From Pirellulales bacterium (GTDB lineage Bacteria > Planctomycetota > Planctomycetia > Pirellulales > PALSA-1355), in contig CAVTBU010000009.1 of assembly GCA_963733035.1 (NCBI GenBank), positions 32,001-96,000 of the forward strand: a stretch of DNA of 64,000 nucleotides, written 5' to 3'. Of the stretch, positions 61,101 to 64,000 are shown one piece after another (position 1 is the first letter of the stretch; the number at the start of each line of letters is the position of its first letter). Below the pieces are notes generated by a model that saw only the letters and a program-made list of their open reading frames with translations, searched no databases and had not been told where the DNA came from. The translations under genes were made by a program, and so were the position numbers.

Positions 61101-61581
61101 TGATCAGCTTTCCGGTGGCGACGGCAACGACTTGCTCCGCGGCGGAAACGGGGACGACGTGCTGCATGGCGACGACGGAAATGATATTCTGCTTGGCGAG
61201 GGGGGCCGCGATATCATCTTTGGCGGGCTGGGCCGCGACATTCTCATCGGCGGCCGCGGCATTGACCGCATGGCAGGCGACAGCGGAGAAGATATCCTGA
61301 TCGCCGGCATGACCGTGCATGACTCGAACGACGTGGCCCTGAACGCCATCCGCGCCGAGTGGACGTCGCGCCGAACCTATGAGGAGCGCGTGGCCAACCT
61401 GAAGGGTATCGATAACTCGACCTTCGCCGACCGGCTCAACCAGAATTACTTCCTCCGCAAGGGCATCGAAGTATCCGACGATGCCGGCGAGAATATTCTC
61501 AGCGGGGAAGAGGATCGCGATTGGTTCTTTGCCCAGGCCAGCGACGTACTCGATCAAATGCCGGGCGAAGAGCTCAATTGA
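58199..61581 (+). CDS. Surface protein: LEPR-XLL-type N-terminus, HExxH metallopeptidase-like domain and RTX Ca-binding repeats; frameshifts near 58920 and 59850
   Basis: AAGGAG RBS; basic leader and ELLEDRRLL; IHELGHTMGI; many GGxGxDxLx nonamers. Three ORF pieces are collinear. Confidence 0.88.
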
Positions 61582-62362
61582 TCGTGGATGTTTCGGAGTG
61601 TCGTTCGACGGCTGGAGTACCAGCATTAAACGTCGTCGCAAAGCGCCACTGTCCGGCGATCGCGCCGTAGACGATCAGCATTTCGCCGCCGCCGTAGTTG
61701 ATCCAGGTAAGTTCGTCGATGAAGGGAAACGACTCGTGGAACACCTGCCAGGCGAGCAGGATGTCGCTGGCCAGGAACATGGCACCGCCGAGGGCCATCG
61801 CGCGGTAGACGGGACGTTGCACGGCCAGCGCGGTGCAAAACCCGGGCGTCGCCGCAACCAGCAGTGTATAGAGCAGCGTCGGCACACGCAGAGCGGGCTC
61901 CTCCGTCGAGGTAAGCGCCACACCGGCCCAGCCCAGTAGCGCCACGACTTGCCAGGTAAGAATGGGAGTCCACCAGCGCAGGCCACCTCTCAGGCGCTCG
62001 ACCCGTCGAATCCACACACACGCTGCGACATAGGCCAGGTGGCCCATGCCGTAAAACACGATGCCGCCGACGATCTTGTTGGAAAACGGCGGCCACCAAA
62101 AGCGGTCGCCCACGTGCGAATCGCCGTAGAAGCCAAGCGTCATGCCCACGGCCACCAACGCCATCGCGCCGGCCTCGCGCGTGCGGCGCAAAACCCACCA
62201 GGCGCCCCAGGCCGCGACGACCAACAGCAAGCAACTGGTCATCCGCAAGTCGAGCTTCGCGTCGTTCCACCACATCTCGCGCGTCTGTGCGGCGAGAAAA
62301 CTGGCCAGCAACAGCACGAACCAGCCGACCCACAAGACGCGTAATAGGACACGGTTGTTCAC
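61574..62362 (-). CDS. YhhN/lysoplasmalogenase-family membrane protein
   Basis: GMTLGFYGD, GIVFYGMGHLAY, GGAMFLASDILLA, WINYGGG; multiple TM helices. Confidence 0.85.
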   Translation of the reverse strand: MNNRVLLRVLWVGWFVLLLASFLAAQTREMWWNDAKLDLRMTSCLLLVVAAWGAWWVLRRTREAGAMALVAVGMTLGFYGDSHVGDRFWWPPFSNKIVGGIVFYGMGHLAYVAACVWIRRVERLRGGLRWWTPILTWQVVALLGWAGVALTSTEEPALRVPTLLYTLLVAATPGFCTALAVQRPVYRAMALGGAMFLASDILLAWQVFHESFPFIDELTWINYGGGEMLIVYGAIAGQWRFATTFNAGTPAVERHSETSTIN

Positions 62363-62511
62363 GATGCTGGGCCCGGCTCGAGAAATGACGGACGCACTGC
62401 GAAGTTCGCGATTCTAGTCACCCTCGACCGCGACGTCCATCATGTGTTTGCTTGCCGTCGCGAACCAGCCACTAGATTTGCGATACCGATGCCGACGAGG
62501 TCCCCGGCAGC

Positions 62512-63519
62512 CTAGTAGCGCAGGATCAGGTCTGCGGTGATGCGGTTGTCGATAATGTCGCGACGAATGGTGAGCGGCACCTCCCAGCAGACGCCCATTT
62601 CGACTGAGGCCCGAGGCTTGTACTTGAGGCCGAACGCGCCGGTGACGATGTCGGTCCCCGCGACACCGCTGGAGCCGAAGTTGTACAGGTCGAGACCGCC
62701 CACCGGAATTCCGCTGGCGACGTTGGACATCCAATGGTACCAGTTGAATTCAAGCAGTCCGTAGATCGGGCGATTCCGCAACCGTCGATCGAAGTGGACC
62801 GACCAGTAGAACTGATCGTTCTGTTTGTTCGGATCAGCCGGAAGCCGAAAGCCCGCGGCGGAAACCACGTGCGAGAGTTCGCCGAGTTGTGCACCCCCAG
62901 TGAGAAACATGTCGAATTGGCCGGTGCCGCTATTTCCCTGTAGCGCATGGTACGAGCCAACAGGCATCTCGTAGCGAACGCCGACGGAAAGAAGTTCCTG
63001 GCGGACAGGGTTGGCGTAAAAATTGTATTTGAGACCCAGGTTGACGTCGGCCCAGCCATTAATGTCGGGCGCATTGCTGCCTGCAAAGATGTAGCCGTCC
63101 TTTGTGGCAATCACCGATAGCCGCTCGGTGATGGCCGCACGCAGCTGTGTCGCCAGCAGCTGCACCGGTCCGCCGCCGAGAACGGCCCCCGGAATCTGAT
63201 TGTTGAGGAAAATGACGCGAGCTTCGGTCAGGTTACGCGGATCTTCGAAGTACACGGGATTCGTCATCGGACTGATGAAGTCCGTGAAACGACAATCGCT
63301 GGGGGCGAATAGCCAAACGGCGACATTTTTGACAGCAACCACCGTAGAAACCGCACTCGCAGTCGTCGCAACGATAGTTGTTCTCGAGGATGGAACCGGG
63401 GCAACGTCGCAAAGGTTTGCCGTCGCGGTGGTTTGCTGCTCGACGTCCTCGGCGAAAGTCACCTTGTCATATGTGGCCACTGCCAAGACCACGACAATCG
63501 AAGCGACAAACGAGCGCAT
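62512..63519 (-). CDS. Conserved exported protein, probable outer-membrane beta-barrel
   Basis: Signal-like MRSFVASIVVVLAV; FISPMTNPVYFEDPR; alternating aromatic beta-strands; C-terminal aromatic residue (LILRY). The start may be 63579. Confidence 0.7.
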   Translation of the reverse strand: MRSFVASIVVVLAVATYDKVTFAEDVEQQTTATANLCDVAPVPSSRTTIVATTASAVSTVVAVKNVAVWLFAPSDCRFTDFISPMTNPVYFEDPRNLTEARVIFLNNQIPGAVLGGGPVQLLATQLRAAITERLSVIATKDGYIFAGSNAPDINGWADVNLGLKYNFYANPVRQELLSVGVRYEMPVGSYHALQGNSGTGQFDMFLTGGAQLGELSHVVSAAGFRLPADPNKQNDQFYWSVHFDRRLRNRPIYGLLEFNWYHWMSNVASGIPVGGLDLYNFGSSGVAGTDIVTGAFGLKYKPRASVEMGVCWEVPLTIRRDIIDNRITADLILRY

Positions 63520-63807
63520 AACGGCAACTCCGGGAGAATGTGCGGTCGGCGGGAAACGCTGGGGTGAAAGAGCCGGCATGGCAAACTCAAGCGAACTCGT
63601 TTGAGGCCGCCGTCGCCTTTCGATCGCTATGTCGTGCGACAAATCCTGGTTCGGTTGCGGCGATGGGCAATCATGTACGAGTGCTTCGCATAGTGCACAC
63701 TGTGCACTTGAGACGCACAGCAGCACGCGTTACGGATTGCCACGTTGCTTCGAGTCGTAACGAATATCCGAAGCAACGAGTTTCGGATGGCACGGCTCGC
63801 CAGCGTT

Positions 63808-64000
63808 TTAGTCGGCAGCCTTCTCATGCGTTGCAGCTTGCTGTCGGACTTCTTGGTGCTTGCTGGCCAGATCGATGCGGATTAGGCCGGCGACGAAGCG
63901 GGGGAAGTCCTCGCGGCTAACCAGGCGGGCCAGGGCCTGGGGATCGCCGGGCAGGCCGAGCTTTTTGGCGGCTTTTGTCACGCGCGGGTCGGCGTACGGG
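63808..64000 (-). CDS. 3' end of a gene entering from the right edge (possibly an HhH-type endonuclease-like protein)
   Basis: Manual translation PYADPRVTKAAKKLGLPGDPQALARLVSREDFPRFVAGLIRIDL..AAD*. The family call is tentative. Confidence 0.55.
   Translation of the reverse strand, partial: PYADPRVTKAAKKLGLPGDPQALARLVSREDFPRFVAGLIRIDLASKHQEVRQQAATHEKAAD

Noticed and set aside
34412..61581. TolC plus RTX protein as a type I secretion system
   Set aside because: They are 22 kb apart, no ABC or MFP gene is present, and the TolC looks CzcC-like.

Overview
The window looks like a Planctomycetota (Pirellulales-like) chromosome segment. The evidence is three PSD1/PSCyt (DUF1549/DUF1553) + DUF1501 gene pairs, a DUF1559 protein, a PVC-type heme protein, an LEPR-XLL-type N-terminal motif and PEP-CTERM proteins. 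Layout: (1) 1-4.0 kb, an ECF sigma operon with two exported proteins carrying pilin-associated domains; (2) 4.4-32.5 kb, a catabolic region where the three PSD1+DUF1501 modules are interleaved with a GntR regulator, an LLM monooxygenase, an Nramp-like transporter, an amidohydrolase, an enolase-family dehydratase, two HpcH aldolases, dehydrogenases, a GHL6-type glycosidase and a DUF59 fusion; (3) 32.5-36.1 kb, a sulfatase remnant, a YbhB-family gene and an orphan TolC; (4) 36.2-43.5 kb, a cysteine hydrolase/deacetylase/PVC-heme operon, an Flp pilin with a long Ser/Gly/RGG tail and a RoxA-like diheme cytochrome; (5) 44.6-54.6 kb, three tandem repeat-rich PEP-CTERM paralogs with near-identical 3' ends plus an SGNH PEP-CTERM gene; (6) 55-64 kb, a phosphatase, an FAD oxidoreductase, an HExxH/RTX surface protein, YhhN and a probable outer-membrane protein. 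About 12 frameshifts split otherwise intact genes. They are probably read or assembly errors, and most lie next to GCGC. I saw no rRNA, tRNA, CRISPR array or transposase. All family calls come from motif recognition by eye, not from database searches.
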